This document shows positions 26,820 to 37,079 of a stretch of 64,000 bases of DNA, piece by piece. Under the pieces are notes generated by a model, which saw nothing but the letters and a program-made list of their open reading frames with translations, was not told the DNA's origin and did not search any database. How positions within the stretch are numbered: the first letter of the stretch is position 1; each line of letters opens with the position of its first letter. The position numbers were made by a program, and so were the translations under genes. The DNA is from Phenylobacterium sp. (GTDB taxonomy: Bacteria > Pseudomonadota > Alphaproteobacteria > Caulobacterales > Caulobacteraceae), in contig NZ_JBKBRO010000019.1 in NCBI RefSeq assembly GCF_046463815.1, forward strand, positions 8,356 to 72,355. Reading direction: 5' to 3'.

Positions 26820-28285
26820 GCCTTTTCTTTCTTCATCCGGGCGATGGCGGCCGTGGTGGAATAGCCATCCACGAGGTTGGCCAGTCTCACCTCCCCGCCC
26901 CAGGACTTCACCAGATCGCCGCCGACCACCTGGTCCTCGGCGTAGTCCGCGCCCTTGATGAGCACGTCGGGCTTGGCGGCCTCGATCAGCCGGATGGGCG
27001 TCAGCTCCTCGAACGGCGCCACGAGGTCGACGCTCTGAAGGCCCGCCAGCACCAGGGCCCGGCTCTCCAGGTCGTTCACCGGGCGGCCCTCGCCCTTCAG
27101 CGCCTTCACCGAGTCGTCCGAGTTCAGGCCCACGATCAGCCGGTCGCACCACGCCTTGGCCTGGGTGAGATAGGCCACGTGGCCGCGGTGCAAGATGTCG
27201 AAACAGCCGTTGGTGAAACCCACGCGCAGGCCCTGTGCGCGCCAGCGGGCGACCTCCTCGACCATACGCTGGGGCGTCACGACCTTGGCCTCGGCCGGCG
27301 CCATGTGGGCGGTCAGGACGGCCTCCACCATTTCCTCCGGGTTGACGGTCGCGGTGCCGGCCTTGCCGACCGCGACGCCCGAGGCGAGTTGGGCGAAGGC
27401 GATGGCCGCCTCCAGGTCCGCTTCGGCGGCGAGCGCCAAGCCCAGGGCCGCCAGCGCCGTGTCGCCGGCGCCCGAGGCGTCGAACACCTCGCGCGCCACG
27501 GTGGGGAAGTGCCGCACGGGCGCCCCGCGCAGCGCCAGCGACACGCCCTTGCCGCTGCGGGTCACCAGCACGCCCCTGGCCGGCCACAACTCCAGCGCCC
27601 GCCTGAGCGCCGTCTCAACCTGGGCGTCGGTCTCGGTGGGCAGGTCGGTGGCGTGGGCCAGTTCGGCGGCGTTGGGCTTGATCAGGTCCACCTCGCCGTA
27701 GCGCGAGAAGGACCGCGCCTTGGAATCCACCACGACCTTGGCGCCCGTCTCGGCGGCCGCGGCGCGGCAGGCGGCGATCACCGCATCGGTCACGACGCCT
27801 TTGCCGTAATCCGACAGCAGGATCGCGCCCGCGCCCTTGGCGGCGTCCTTGATCGTGCGCACCAGCCGCTGCTCGCACTCGCCCTCGACCGGACGGCTCT
27901 CCTCCAGGTCGACCCGCAATAGCTGCTGGCCGCCCGAGACGAAGCGGGTCTTCAGCGTCGTCGGCCGCGTGGGATCGGTGACGAGATAACCCTCGACGGC
28001 CGTCTCCTCGCCCACCAGCCGGGACGCCTCATGGCCCTCGGCGTCGCCGCCGATCAGGCCCACCAAGGCCACCGAGCCTCCGAGGGCGGCGACGTTCCGC
28101 GCCACGTTGCCGGCAGCGCCCAGCATCACCGTCTCGCGGCTGCGGGCCAGGACCGGGATGGGCGCCTCGGGCGAGACGCGGTTGACGGTCCCGTAGACGA
28201 ACCGGTCCACCATCAGGTCGCCGACGCAGGCGACGCGCTTGCCCGGAAGCTCGTTGAGCAGGTGCTGGAGTGCCGCCAGATCCAT
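26816..28285 (-). CDS. hldE: bifunctional D-beta-D-heptose 7-phosphate kinase / heptose 1-phosphate adenylyltransferase
   Basis: 489-aa ORF with an N-terminal ribokinase-like domain and a C-terminal cytidylyltransferase domain (GFTNGCFDILHRGH). Confidence 0.93.
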   Translation of the reverse strand: MDLAALQHLLNELPGKRVACVGDLMVDRFVYGTVNRVSPEAPIPVLARSRETVMLGAAGNVARNVAALGGSVALVGLIGGDAEGHEASRLVGEETAVEGYLVTDPTRPTTLKTRFVSGGQQLLRVDLEESRPVEGECEQRLVRTIKDAAKGAGAILLSDYGKGVVTDAVIAACRAAAAETGAKVVVDSKARSFSRYGEVDLIKPNAAELAHATDLPTETDAQVETALRRALELWPARGVLVTRSGKGVSLALRGAPVRHFPTVAREVFDASGAGDTALAALGLALAAEADLEAAIAFAQLASGVAVGKAGTATVNPEEMVEAVLTAHMAPAEAKVVTPQRMVEEVARWRAQGLRVGFTNGCFDILHRGHVAYLTQAKAWCDRLIVGLNSDDSVKALKGEGRPVNDLESRALVLAGLQSVDLVAPFEELTPIRLIEAAKPDVLIKGADYAEDQVVGGDLVKSWGGEVRLANLVDGYSTTAAIARMKKEKA

Positions 28286-28318
28286 GGCCCTAGCCTGTGC
28301 GGCGCGTTGGGTGGCGGG

Positions 28319-29176
28319 TCAAGCGGCCCGGCTGACTTCGTGCAGCGCCTTGAGCTGGCGCAGGAGGGCCTCGGCCCCGTCCAGCGGCAGGCAACTTGGG
28401 CCGTCGCACAGCGCCTTGTCGGGGTCCGGATGGAACTCCAGGAACACCCCGTCCGCGCCCGAGACCACGGCGGCCTTGGCGATCACCGCCACGCCTTCGC
28501 GGCGGCCGCCCGTCGAGGCGCCGCCGGTGCGCGGGTCGGCGCCGGGGAGCTGGACGGCGTGGGTGGCGTCGATGGTGACGGGACAGCCCAGCTTCTTCAT
28601 CTCGCCGATGCCGAGCATGTCCACGACGAGGTTGTTGTAGCCGAACGAGACGCCGCGTTCGCAGAGGATGGTGATGTCGGCGCCGTCCACCGCCTCCCTG
28701 ACCTTGGAGACGATGTTCCGGGCGTCCCAGGGCGCCAGGAACTGGCCCTTCTTGACGTGCAGCAGGCCGCCCGCGGCTTGGATCGCCCGGGCCGAGGCCA
28801 CCACCAGATCGGTCTGACGGCAAAGGAAGGCGGGAATCTGCAACAGGTCCACGATCTCGGCCAGGGGCTCGGCCTGATCGGGTTCGTGGATGTCGGTGCA
28901 GATCGGGACGTCCAGCTCGGCCTTCACCGCCCGCAGCATGGCCAGGCCCTTCTCCAGGCCCGGTCCCCGATAGCTGTTGATGGACGAGCGGTTCGCCTTG
29001 TCGAAGCTCGCCTTGAAGACGTACGGCAGCCCCAGTCCCTCGCAGACCGCCTTCAGGCGCCGGCCGGTATCGAGCGCCAGGGCCTCGTCCTCCAGCACGT
29101 TCAGGCCGGCGATGACCGTCAGCGGCTGGCCGTCGCCGATGGCGATGTTCCAACGGTCGAGCTTCAGGACGGCCAT
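28319..29176 (-). CDS. kdsA: 3-deoxy-8-phosphooctulonate (KDO-8-P) synthase
   Basis: ATG at 29176 follows GAGGAG. Sequence MAVLKLDRWNIAIGDGQPLTVIAGLNVLE...KASFDKANRSS is the KdsA family. Confidence 0.93.
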   Translation of the reverse strand: MAVLKLDRWNIAIGDGQPLTVIAGLNVLEDEALALDTGRRLKAVCEGLGLPYVFKASFDKANRSSINSYRGPGLEKGLAMLRAVKAELDVPICTDIHEPDQAEPLAEIVDLLQIPAFLCRQTDLVVASARAIQAAGGLLHVKKGQFLAPWDARNIVSKVREAVDGADITILCERGVSFGYNNLVVDMLGIGEMKKLGCPVTIDATHAVQLPGADPRTGGASTGGRREGVAVIAKAAVVSGADGVFLEFHPDPDKALCDGPSCLPLDGAEALLRQLKALHEVSRAA

Positions 29177-29337
29177 GACGTCTCCTCGTTTGGCTGAGGC
29201 GCCTAAGTGACGTGGGCGCGCCGACTCCACAAGCCCGCAGCGCATCCGCGGCCCCGGCGCGGCCGTACCTTCCGGCGTGATTCGCGCGTTGCGAGATCGG
29301 TGTTATCGTGACCGCGAAGCTTGAGGGGGAAGCGACC

Positions 29338-30549
29338 ATGAGCCTGGATCGAAAGGTGCAGGACCTCGCCGGCGCGCCCGCCGCCTTCAAGGCGGCCGCG
29401 CGGCTCATCGCCCGCAACTGGCAGGCGGGCTCGCTGGCTTTCGCGCTGCCGGACGGCCGCGAGCTGCGGCTGGAGGGCGAGGCGCCGGGGCCGGACGGGC
29501 GACTGGTCGTCCATGACTACCGCTTCATGCGCCGCGTGCTGGCCTCGGGCGACATCGGCTTCGCCGAGGGCTATATGGCGGGGGAATGGGACACCCCGGA
29601 CCTTTCAGCCCTGCTGGAGGTCCTGGCCCTGAACTTCAACAACATCGACCGGGTGGCCACCGGCAACCCGCTGATGGCCGCCATCCACTATCTGGCGCAC
29701 CTGCTGCGGGGGAACACCAAGGCGGGATCGAAGCGCAACATCCACGCCCACTACGACCTGGGGAACGCCTTCTATTCCCGCTGGCTGGACCCGACCATGA
29801 CCTACTCCGCGGCGCGGTTCGAGAAGCCGGGGGAGCCACTGTCCGAGGCCCAGCGCCGCAAGTACCGCACCCTCGCCGAAAGCATGGACCTGAAGCCCGG
29901 CCAGCACGTGCTGGAGATCGGCTGCGGCTGGGGCGGCTTCGCCGAGTACGCCGCCCGCGAGGTGGGCGCCCGCGTCACCGGCATCACCATTTCCGAGGAG
30001 CAGTACCGGTTCGCCAGGGAGCGGATGTTCCGGCAGGGCCTGGCCGATCGGGCCGATATCCGTCTCGTCGACTATCGCGACGTCGACGGCCATTTCGACC
30101 GGGTGGCCTCCATCGAGATGTTCGAGGCGGTCGGCGAGCGCTATTGGCCCGCCTACTTCGCCAAGATCCGCGAGAGCCTGACACCCGGCGGGCGCGCGGG
30201 CCTGCAGATCATCACCATCCGCGACGAGCTGTTCGACCACTACCGCCGCCACGCCGACTTCATCCAGCGCTACATCTTCCCGGGTGGCATGCTGCCCTCG
30301 GAGGCGCGACTGAAGGCCGAGACCGCCCGGGCGGGCCTGTCCTGGGCGGGGATCAGCCGCTTCGGCCAGAACTACGCCGACACCCTCGCCGAATGGGCCA
30401 GGCGCTTCGAGGGCGCCTGGGACGACATCCGCCGCCTGGGCTTCGACGAGCGGTTCCGCAAGCTGTGGAAGTTCTACCTCAGCTACTGCGAGGCGGGTTT
30501 CCGGACGGCGCGCACGGACGTGGTTCAGCTCAGCTTGTCCCGAGCTTAG
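29338..30549 (+). CDS. cyclopropane-fatty-acyl-phospholipid synthase family SAM-dependent methyltransferase
   Basis: ATG at 29338 lies 7 nt after GAGGGGGA. VLEIGCGWGGFA SAM motif and CFA-synthase-like C-terminus. Confidence 0.88.
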   Translation: MSLDRKVQDLAGAPAAFKAAARLIARNWQAGSLAFALPDGRELRLEGEAPGPDGRLVVHDYRFMRRVLASGDIGFAEGYMAGEWDTPDLSALLEVLALNFNNIDRVATGNPLMAAIHYLAHLLRGNTKAGSKRNIHAHYDLGNAFYSRWLDPTMTYSAARFEKPGEPLSEAQRRKYRTLAESMDLKPGQHVLEIGCGWGGFAEYAAREVGARVTGITISEEQYRFARERMFRQGLADRADIRLVDYRDVDGHFDRVASIEMFEAVGERYWPAYFAKIRESLTPGGRAGLQIITIRDELFDHYRRHADFIQRYIFPGGMLPSEARLKAETARAGLSWAGISRFGQNYADTLAEWARRFEGAWDDIRRLGFDERFRKLWKFYLSYCEAGFRTARTDVVQLSLSRA

Positions 30550-30596
30550 GATTTCTGACCCTGTCGCAATCGGTCGGGGTTGCCTAAGTAGCGCCC

Positions 30597-31598
30597 ATGC
30601 AAGTCGCCCAAAGCGTTCTCGACGCCATCGGGAACACCCCGCTCATCCGCCTGCGCCGCGCCAGCGCGATGACCGGCTGCGAGATCCTGGCCAAGGCCGA
30701 GTTCATGAACCCGGGCCAGTCGGTGAAGGACCGCGCCGCGCTCTACATCGTCCGCGACGCCGAGCGGAAGGGCCTGTTGCGCCCGGGCGGCCGGATCGTG
30801 GAGGGCACGGCCGGCAACACCGGCATCGGCCTGGCCATGGTTGGCAAGGCGCTGGGCTACCGGTCGACCATCGTCATTCCCCGCACCCAGAGCCAGGAGA
30901 AGAAGGACGCCATCCGGCTCTACGGGGCCGAACTGGTGGAGGTGGACGCCGTTCCCTACTCCAACGAGAACAATTATGTTCGCTATTCCGGCCGCTTGGC
31001 GGCGGAACTTGACGCCAAGGAGCCGGCCGGCGCGGTCTGGGCCAACCAGTTCGACAACGTCGCCAACCGCGAGGCCCACGTCCATGGCACCGGCCCCGAG
31101 ATCTGGCGCCAGACCGACGGGAAGGTGGACGCCTTCATCTGCGCCGTGGGCTCGGGCGGCACGCTGGCGGGTGTGGCCCAGGCGCTGCGCGCGAAGAAGC
31201 CGAACGTGAGGATCGGGCTGGCCGACCCGCACGGCTCGGCCCTCTTCGCCTACTACACGGACGGGGAACTCAAGGCCGAGGGCAGCTCGATCAGCGAGGG
31301 CATCGGCCAGGGGCGGGTCACGGCCAACCTCGAAGGGTTGAACATCGACCAGGCCTACCGCATCTCGGACGAGGAGATGATGCAGGCCATCTTCGACCTC
31401 ATGGAGTACGAGGGCCTGGTGATGGGCGGCTCGTCGGGCGTGAACGTAGCCGGCGCGATCCGCATGGCGAAGGACCTGGGCCCCGGCCACACGGTCGTCA
31501 CCATGCTCTGCGACCACGGCCAGCGGTATCAGTCCAAGATCTTCAATCCGCCCTTCCTGCGCGAGAAGGGCCTGCCCGTTCCGCGCTGGCTGGAGTAA
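30597..31598 (+). CDS. cysK: cysteine synthase / PLP-dependent CBS-fold enzyme
   Basis: 333-aa ORF; NPGQSVKDRAA PLP-lysine motif and GTAGNTGIGLA. Confidence 0.85.
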   Translation: MQVAQSVLDAIGNTPLIRLRRASAMTGCEILAKAEFMNPGQSVKDRAALYIVRDAERKGLLRPGGRIVEGTAGNTGIGLAMVGKALGYRSTIVIPRTQSQEKKDAIRLYGAELVEVDAVPYSNENNYVRYSGRLAAELDAKEPAGAVWANQFDNVANREAHVHGTGPEIWRQTDGKVDAFICAVGSGGTLAGVAQALRAKKPNVRIGLADPHGSALFAYYTDGELKAEGSSISEGIGQGRVTANLEGLNIDQAYRISDEEMMQAIFDLMEYEGLVMGGSSGVNVAGAIRMAKDLGPGHTVVTMLCDHGQRYQSKIFNPPFLREKGLPVPRWLE

Positions 31599-31602
31599 CC
31601 GC

Positions 31603-32439
31603 ATGGACCCGATGGTCTCCACAGACTGGCTGGACGAGCACCTTTACGACGAGGACGTCCGGATCGTGGACGCCACCCTGCCGCTGGTGGGTCAGCCCGG
31701 CCGGGGGCTCGACTTCTACGAGCAGGGCCACATCCCGGGCGCGGTGTTTTTCGACATCAACGGGATCGCGGACCTCGCCACGGACCTGCCTCACATGCTG
31801 CCCTCGCCCAATGCCTTCGCCCAGGCGGCGCGGGAGCTCGGCCTGTCCCGGGACGCGACTGTCGTCGTCTATGACGCCCACGGAATCTATTCCGCCCCCC
31901 GGGTGTGGTGGACGCTCCGGACCATGGGCTACCCGAAGGTCTTCGTCCTCGACGGAGGTCTTCGGAAGTGGCGCGAGGAGGATCGCCTCATCACGGTCGA
32001 GGCGCCGCAGCCCGCGCCCGTTCCGGTGGACGCTGCGTTCCGGCCCGAACTGGTGCGCGACATCGAACAGGTGAAGGGCCACCTCGCCGCCGGCGACGCC
32101 CAGCTCGTCGACGCCCGCTCGGCCGGCCGGTTCCGGGGCGAGACGCCGGAACCCCGCGCCGGCCTGCGTTCGGGCCGCATGCCCGGCGCCCTCAACCTGC
32201 CCTTCGACCAGGTCGTGAACCCCGACGGCACGCTGAAGTCCGAAGGCGAGCTGCGCGAGGCCTTCCTGGAGGCCCGCGTGGACCTGACGAAGCCGATCGT
32301 CACCACCTGCGGTTCGGGCGTCACGGCCGCCGTCCTGGCGCTCGCGCTGGCCCGACTGGGCCGTGAGGACGTCGCGGTCTACGACGGCTCCTGGACCGAA
32401 TGGGGCGGCCGCCCCGACACCGCGGTCGTCACCGGCTAG
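31603..32439 (+). CDS. sseA: 3-mercaptopyruvate sulfurtransferase (tandem rhodanese)
   Basis: 278-aa ORF; active-site loop TCGSGVTA is typical of MST-type rhodaneses. Confidence 0.88.
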   Translation: MDPMVSTDWLDEHLYDEDVRIVDATLPLVGQPGRGLDFYEQGHIPGAVFFDINGIADLATDLPHMLPSPNAFAQAARELGLSRDATVVVYDAHGIYSAPRVWWTLRTMGYPKVFVLDGGLRKWREEDRLITVEAPQPAPVPVDAAFRPELVRDIEQVKGHLAAGDAQLVDARSAGRFRGETPEPRAGLRSGRMPGALNLPFDQVVNPDGTLKSEGELREAFLEARVDLTKPIVTTCGSGVTAAVLALALARLGREDVAVYDGSWTEWGGRPDTAVVTG

Positions 32440-33536
32440 CGCACTGGCGGGGCGTACATCAGGCCCGGCTTGGGAGCGGTCCAGAGCGCGTTGAGCCCCC
32501 GGTCCAGCTTGAGGGCGGAGTCGGCGCCCAGGTCCTTCCGGAAGAGCTCGTGATAGGCGCCCACCTGCCGGATCGCCTGATAGGCCCAGTCCGGCGACAG
32601 ACCCAGCAGGGCGCCCAGGTCGCCCTCCACGCCCAGCAGGCGCCGGGTTTCGGGATCGGTGGCCGTTTCGCGGGCTTGCTCCACCGTGCGGGACGACAGC
32701 CCCAGCTCCTCGGCCAGCACCACGGCGTGGACGGTCCAGGCCACGATGTCGGCCCAGGCGGGGTCGTCCTGGCGCACGACCGGCCCCAGCGGCTCCTTTG
32801 AGATCACGTTGGGCAGGATCTCGTGGGCGCCCGGATTGGTCATGACCGACCGCGAGGCCGCCAGCGCCGAGACGTCGGCCGAGAAGGCGTCGCAGTTCTC
32901 CCTCTCGTAGAGCCGTCGCGCCTCCTCCTCGGAGGCGGCGACGACCGGGCGGTAGGTCAGGCCCCTCACCCGGAAGAAGTCGGCGAGGTTGGCCTCGCTG
33001 GCCGTGCCCGCCTGGACGCAGACCCGCGCGCCCCCCAGTTCCTCGGCGCTGTTCAGACCAAGGGCCCGCGGCACGAGGAAGCCCTGGCCGTCATAATAGG
33101 TCGTCGCCGGAAAGGTCAGGCCAAGGCCGGCGTCCCGGGACAGCGTGAGCGAGGTGTTGCGCGACAGGATGTCGATGCGCCCAGCCTTCAGCGCGCCGAA
33201 CCGGTCCTTGGCGTCGATGGTGACGAACCTGACCTTGGACGCGTCGCCCAGGGTGGCGGCGGCCACCGCCCGGCAGATGTCCACATCGAATCCGCGCCAC
33301 TGTCCCCGCGCGTCGGGGAAGGCGAAACCCGGCAGCCCCGGGTGAACGCCGCAGGCGAGCACGCCGCGCTTGCGGACGGCGGCCAGCGTCGGGCTGGGCG
33401 TGGCCTTGTAGGCCGGCGGCGCGGTCACCGCGGCCTTGGGCGGAGGCGGCGCAGGTTCCGGCGCGGGCGTCGTCCGTTCCCCGCAGCCCGCGAGCAACAG
33501 GCCCACCACCGCCGCCAACCCGAGGCGCGCTCTCAT
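32436..33536 (-). CDS. amino-acid ABC transporter substrate-binding lipoprotein (AapJ-like)
   Basis: Trimmed to MRARLGLAAVVGLLLAGCG (lipobox), followed by a general L-amino-acid SBP-like sequence. Confidence 0.82.
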   Translation of the reverse strand: MRARLGLAAVVGLLLAGCGERTTPAPEPAPPPPKAAVTAPPAYKATPSPTLAAVRKRGVLACGVHPGLPGFAFPDARGQWRGFDVDICRAVAAATLGDASKVRFVTIDAKDRFGALKAGRIDILSRNTSLTLSRDAGLGLTFPATTYYDGQGFLVPRALGLNSAEELGGARVCVQAGTASEANLADFFRVRGLTYRPVVAASEEEARRLYERENCDAFSADVSALAASRSVMTNPGAHEILPNVISKEPLGPVVRQDDPAWADIVAWTVHAVVLAEELGLSSRTVEQARETATDPETRRLLGVEGDLGALLGLSPDWAYQAIRQVGAYHELFRKDLGADSALKLDRGLNALWTAPKPGLMYAPPVR

Positions 33537-33618
33537 TCCAGCTCCTTGAAACGGAGAAACCCGAAGGTCTAAGTGCGACAGGCACTTTCGCCAGCGTCGC
33601 CTGGGCCCGCAACCCCGC

Positions 33619-34782
33619 ATGTCCGAAGAGACCCGCCTGATCCACGCCGGGAGCAAGCCCGAGCCCCTGTGCCGCACGGTCGGGCCGCCCATCCAGAAGG
33701 GCTCGACGGTCCTGCTGCCGGACGCCGCCTCGTTGTACGACAACGACCATTGCACCACCTACGGCCGGGCGGGCCTCGTCACCCAGAAGGCGCTGCAGGA
33801 GGCGCTGGCGGCGATGGAGGGGGCCGTGGGCGTCGCGCTCTATCCGTCGGGCCTGGCGGCCATCTCCGGCGCGCTGCTGGCGGTGCTGGCGGCCGGCGAC
33901 GAGATCCTTGTCGTGGACAACATCTACAAGCCCGTCCGCCGGTTCTGCGACCAGGTGCTCAAACGCTTCGGCGTGGGCGTCGCCTATTTCGATCCGCGCA
34001 CGCCGCCCGAAGAGGTTGTCGGCCGGGCTTCGGGGAAGACGCGCCTGATCCTCCTGGAATCTCCCGGCTCCCTCACCTTCGAGATGCAGGATGTCCCCCG
34101 CTTCGCCGAGCTGGCCCGTGAGCGGGGCATCCTCACCGCCGTCGACAACACCTGGGCGGCCGGTTTCCTGTTCAAGCCGCTGGAGCATGGCGTCGACCTC
34201 TCGCTCCAGGCGCTCACCAAGTACGCGGGCGGCCATTCGGACGTCTTCATGGGCTCCGCCGCCGCGCGTGATCCCGCCCTGGTCCGCCGGCTCCTGGACG
34301 GCGTGGACCACCTGGGCTGGGCGGTCTCGGCCGACGAGGCCTACCAGATGCTTCGGGGGCTCCGGACCCTGCCCACGCGCCTGAGGGTCCAGGGCGAGGC
34401 CGGCCTGAAGGTCGCCGCCTGGCTCGCCGACCAGCCAGAGGTGGCCGCGCTCCACCACCCGGCCCTGCCCGGCTGCCCGGACCACGCGCTCTGGAAGCGC
34501 GACTACAGCGGCGCCTGCGGCCTCTTCGCCTTCGCCTTGAAACCCGCGCCCCAGGCCGCCGTCGACGCCTTCCTGGACGCCCTCGACGTCTTCGGCCTGG
34601 GTTTCTCCTGGGGCGGGTTCGAGAGCCTGGCGATCGGCTGCGACCAGCAGTTGGGGCCCCGCCACGTGAAGCGCGACTATGGCGGGCCGATGATCCGGCT
34701 GCATGTCGGCCTGGAGCCGGTGGACGACCTTATCGCCGACCTGCGCAAGGGCCTCGACGCCTACGCAAAGGCGGTTGGCTAG
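33619..34782 (+). CDS. metC: cystathionine beta-lyase
   Basis: 387-aa ORF in the Cys/Met-metabolism PLP family, with TKYAGGHSD PLP-lysine motif. Confidence 0.88.
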   Translation: MSEETRLIHAGSKPEPLCRTVGPPIQKGSTVLLPDAASLYDNDHCTTYGRAGLVTQKALQEALAAMEGAVGVALYPSGLAAISGALLAVLAAGDEILVVDNIYKPVRRFCDQVLKRFGVGVAYFDPRTPPEEVVGRASGKTRLILLESPGSLTFEMQDVPRFAELARERGILTAVDNTWAAGFLFKPLEHGVDLSLQALTKYAGGHSDVFMGSAAARDPALVRRLLDGVDHLGWAVSADEAYQMLRGLRTLPTRLRVQGEAGLKVAAWLADQPEVAALHHPALPGCPDHALWKRDYSGACGLFAFALKPAPQAAVDAFLDALDVFGLGFSWGGFESLAIGCDQQLGPRHVKRDYGGPMIRLHVGLEPVDDLIADLRKGLDAYAKAVG

Positions 34783-34792
34783 TTCAGGCGAC

Positions 34793-35671
34793 ATGTCCGC
34801 CTGGCTCGACCAGTTCCTGGAGACGGAGCGCCTGCCCGGACGCTTCGCCGAGACGGTCGAGCGGGTCTGCCGCCCCCTCGCCGATCGCGCCGCGCGGCTG
34901 GCTGAGGTCCGCGGCACGGCCGTCATCGGCATGTGCGGCGCGCAGGGGTCCGGAAAGTCCACCATCGCCGCGGCCACGGTGCGCCTGCTGGAGGCCGAGG
35001 GGCGCTCTGCCGTGGCCCTCTCCCTCGACGACTTCTATCTCGGCCGCGAGGCGCGGGCCTGGCTGGCGGGAAAGGTCCATCCCCTGCTGGCCACGCGCGG
35101 GCCGCCCGGGACCCACGACGTGGCCCTGGCCTGCGGAGTCCTGGACAACCTGGCCCGGCCGGAGCCCACGCCCCTGCCGGCCTTCGACAAGGGGATGGAC
35201 GAGCGGCGGCCCAGATCGCAATGGCGGACGCTCCACCGTCCCGTCGACGTGGTGATCTTTGAGGGCTGGTGCGTGGGCGCGAAGGCCCAGCCCGCGGCGG
35301 CGCTGGCCGAACCCGTCAACGCCCTGGAGGCCGAAGCGGACGCCGACAGCCGCTGGCGGGCCTATGTGAACGCCCAGCTCGCCGGGCCCTATCAGGCCCT
35401 GTTCGGGCGGCTGCACATGCTGACCCTGCTCGCGGCTCCGGGCTTCGAGGTGGTGCAGGCCTGGCGCGCGGAGCAGGAGCACAAGCTCATCGCCCGCACC
35501 GGCCGCGGCATGAGCGAGGCCGAACTCGCGCGCTTCGTCGCCCATTACGAACGCCTGACCCGCTGGATACTGGCGGAGATGCCGGCCCGCGCCGATATGG
35601 TCGTGGAACTCGATCCCGAGCGCCGACCGTTGCACGTAGGCCTTATCGACCAGGCGGATCGGAAGGCGTAG
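34793..35671 (+). CDS. P-loop kinase (D-glycerate 3-kinase-like family)
   Basis: Trimmed to MSAWLDQFLE. Walker A GAQGSGKST followed by SLDDFY. Confidence 0.7.
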   Translation: MSAWLDQFLETERLPGRFAETVERVCRPLADRAARLAEVRGTAVIGMCGAQGSGKSTIAAATVRLLEAEGRSAVALSLDDFYLGREARAWLAGKVHPLLATRGPPGTHDVALACGVLDNLARPEPTPLPAFDKGMDERRPRSQWRTLHRPVDVVIFEGWCVGAKAQPAAALAEPVNALEAEADADSRWRAYVNAQLAGPYQALFGRLHMLTLLAAPGFEVVQAWRAEQEHKLIARTGRGMSEAELARFVAHYERLTRWILAEMPARADMVVELDPERRPLHVGLIDQADRKA

Positions 35672-36425
35672 AGGCCCGGATCATGGCCTCGCGCTCGTCG
35701 GCGCTCAGCAGCCTCCAGCGCCCCTCGGGCAGGTCGCCCAGCTTGAGCGGCCCGATCCGCACGCGCAGCAGGTCCACGACCCTGAGGCCCACCAGGTCGC
35801 ACATGCGGCGGATCTGACGCTTGCGGCCCTCCTTCAGGACGAAGCGCAGGGTGTTTCCCTCGATCACGGTCACCTTGGCCGGCTTCAGCTTGCGGCCGTC
35901 CAGCGCCAGGCCGTGCCGCAGCCGGGCGAGCTTGCGCTCGTCCACCTGCCCGGCGACGCGGACCACGTACTCCTTGTCGAGGTCGGATTCCGGCCCGATT
36001 ACGGCCTTCGCCAGCACCCCGTCGTTCGAGAGGATCAGCAGGCCCCGGCTGTCCTCGTCGAGCCGTCCCAGCGGCGGCAGGCTGGCCTTGGGATCGGGCG
36101 CGCTCCCCTCGCCCCGGAGGTTCGCCCCGGTCAGCAGCCGCACGGCCGGGACATGGCCAGGCTCCGGCTGGCCGGAAACATAGCCGACCGGCTTGTTCAG
36201 CACGGCGGTGAAGCCGGCGAGCGCCACCGCCGCCCGGTCGGCGAGGGTCAAGGTCTGGCCGGGCAGGATCTTGCGGCCGGCGTCCGCGACCGTCTCCCCG
36301 TCGATGCTGACGAGGCCGTCGGTGATCAGGCCCTCGGCCTCCCGGCGCGAGCAGACCCCGCTCTGGGCGAGCCACTTGTTCACCCGCTGCGGCTCGGGGC
36401 CGTCGTATCGGCGCGTCCAGGCCAT
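35643..36425 (-). CDS. rRNA pseudouridine synthase (RsuA/RluB/RluF family) with S4 domain
   Basis: 260-aa ORF; N-terminal S4 (RVNKWLAQSGVCSRREAE) and catalytic GRLDEDSRGLL. Confidence 0.88.
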   Translation of the reverse strand: MAWTRRYDGPEPQRVNKWLAQSGVCSRREAEGLITDGLVSIDGETVADAGRKILPGQTLTLADRAAVALAGFTAVLNKPVGYVSGQPEPGHVPAVRLLTGANLRGEGSAPDPKASLPPLGRLDEDSRGLLILSNDGVLAKAVIGPESDLDKEYVVRVAGQVDERKLARLRHGLALDGRKLKPAKVTVIEGNTLRFVLKEGRKRQIRRMCDLVGLRVVDLLRVRIGPLKLGDLPEGRWRLLSADEREAMIRASTPSDPPGR

Positions 36426-36433
36426 CTCGTGGG

Positions 36434-36922
36434 CTAGTCTTCGCAGGCCTCGGTCATGGCCGCCAGGTGACAGACGCCAGAGCGCTCCCGCGCGCCAAGG
36501 TCCGGGGGCGACGCCTGCACCGTGATGATCTCCGACCCTTTCTCAAGAGTCCTGTGGACGGGGCAGCGCTCGGCGATCTCCAGCAGACGCCGGCGCTGGT
36601 CGTCGTCGAGCGCGCCCTCAAGGGTGATCTCCCGGGCGAAGCGGTCGCGGCCGTCGGCCGTCCGCGTATGCAGCACGCGCACGATCGTTCGCGTCAGCGG
36701 CCAGCCCTTGCGGTCCGCGTAGAGCCTGAGCGTCATCGCGGTGCAGGCTCCGAGCGCCGAGGCCAGCAGATCGTAGGGATTGGGTCCCGAATCCAGCCCG
36801 CCCGCCTCAACCGGCTCGTCGGCCATGAAGGTCGCGCCGCCGGCCAGCACCTCCACCTGGAACTTGCCGATCCCCGTCTCGGCCACGGTCACGGCGTCCG
36901 GGTCGGATTCGGGGCGGGTCAT
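36434..36922 (-). CDS. OsmC-family peroxiredoxin-like protein
   Basis: 162-aa ORF; LLASALGACTAMTL and C-terminal ERCPVHRTL OsmC motifs. Confidence 0.85.
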   Translation of the reverse strand: MTRPESDPDAVTVAETGIGKFQVEVLAGGATFMADEPVEAGGLDSGPNPYDLLASALGACTAMTLRLYADRKGWPLTRTIVRVLHTRTADGRDRFAREITLEGALDDDQRRRLLEIAERCPVHRTLEKGSEIITVQASPPDLGARERSGVCHLAAMTEACED

Positions 36923-36944
36923 GGCGTCCTCTCGGATTTGGGGA

Positions 36945-37021
36945 TGGCGCGCCCGGCAGGATTCGAACCTGCGACCACATGCTTAGAAGGCACGTGCTCT
37001 ATCCAGCTGAGCTACGGGCGC
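36945..37021 (-). tRNA. tRNA-Arg (anticodon UCU)
   Basis: The reverse complement folds as GCGCCCG-TA-GCTC..GAGC-CGTGC-CTTCTAA-GCATG-..-GCAGG-TTCGAAT-CCTGC-CGGGCGC-G-CCA. Confidence 0.9.
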
Positions 37022-37079
37022 CCGTCAGGGCCTCGGACGACCTGCATACCGGTTCAGGAGGCCGAAGACCCGCCGAAAA

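Noticed and set aside
33537-33618. A possible SAM or other riboswitch upstream of metC, and likewise upstream of cysK at 30550-30596.
   Set aside because: The leaders are short, and I could not recognise the conserved cores of SAM-II/SAM-V or any other class by eye. A covariance-model scan would be needed to exclude this formally.
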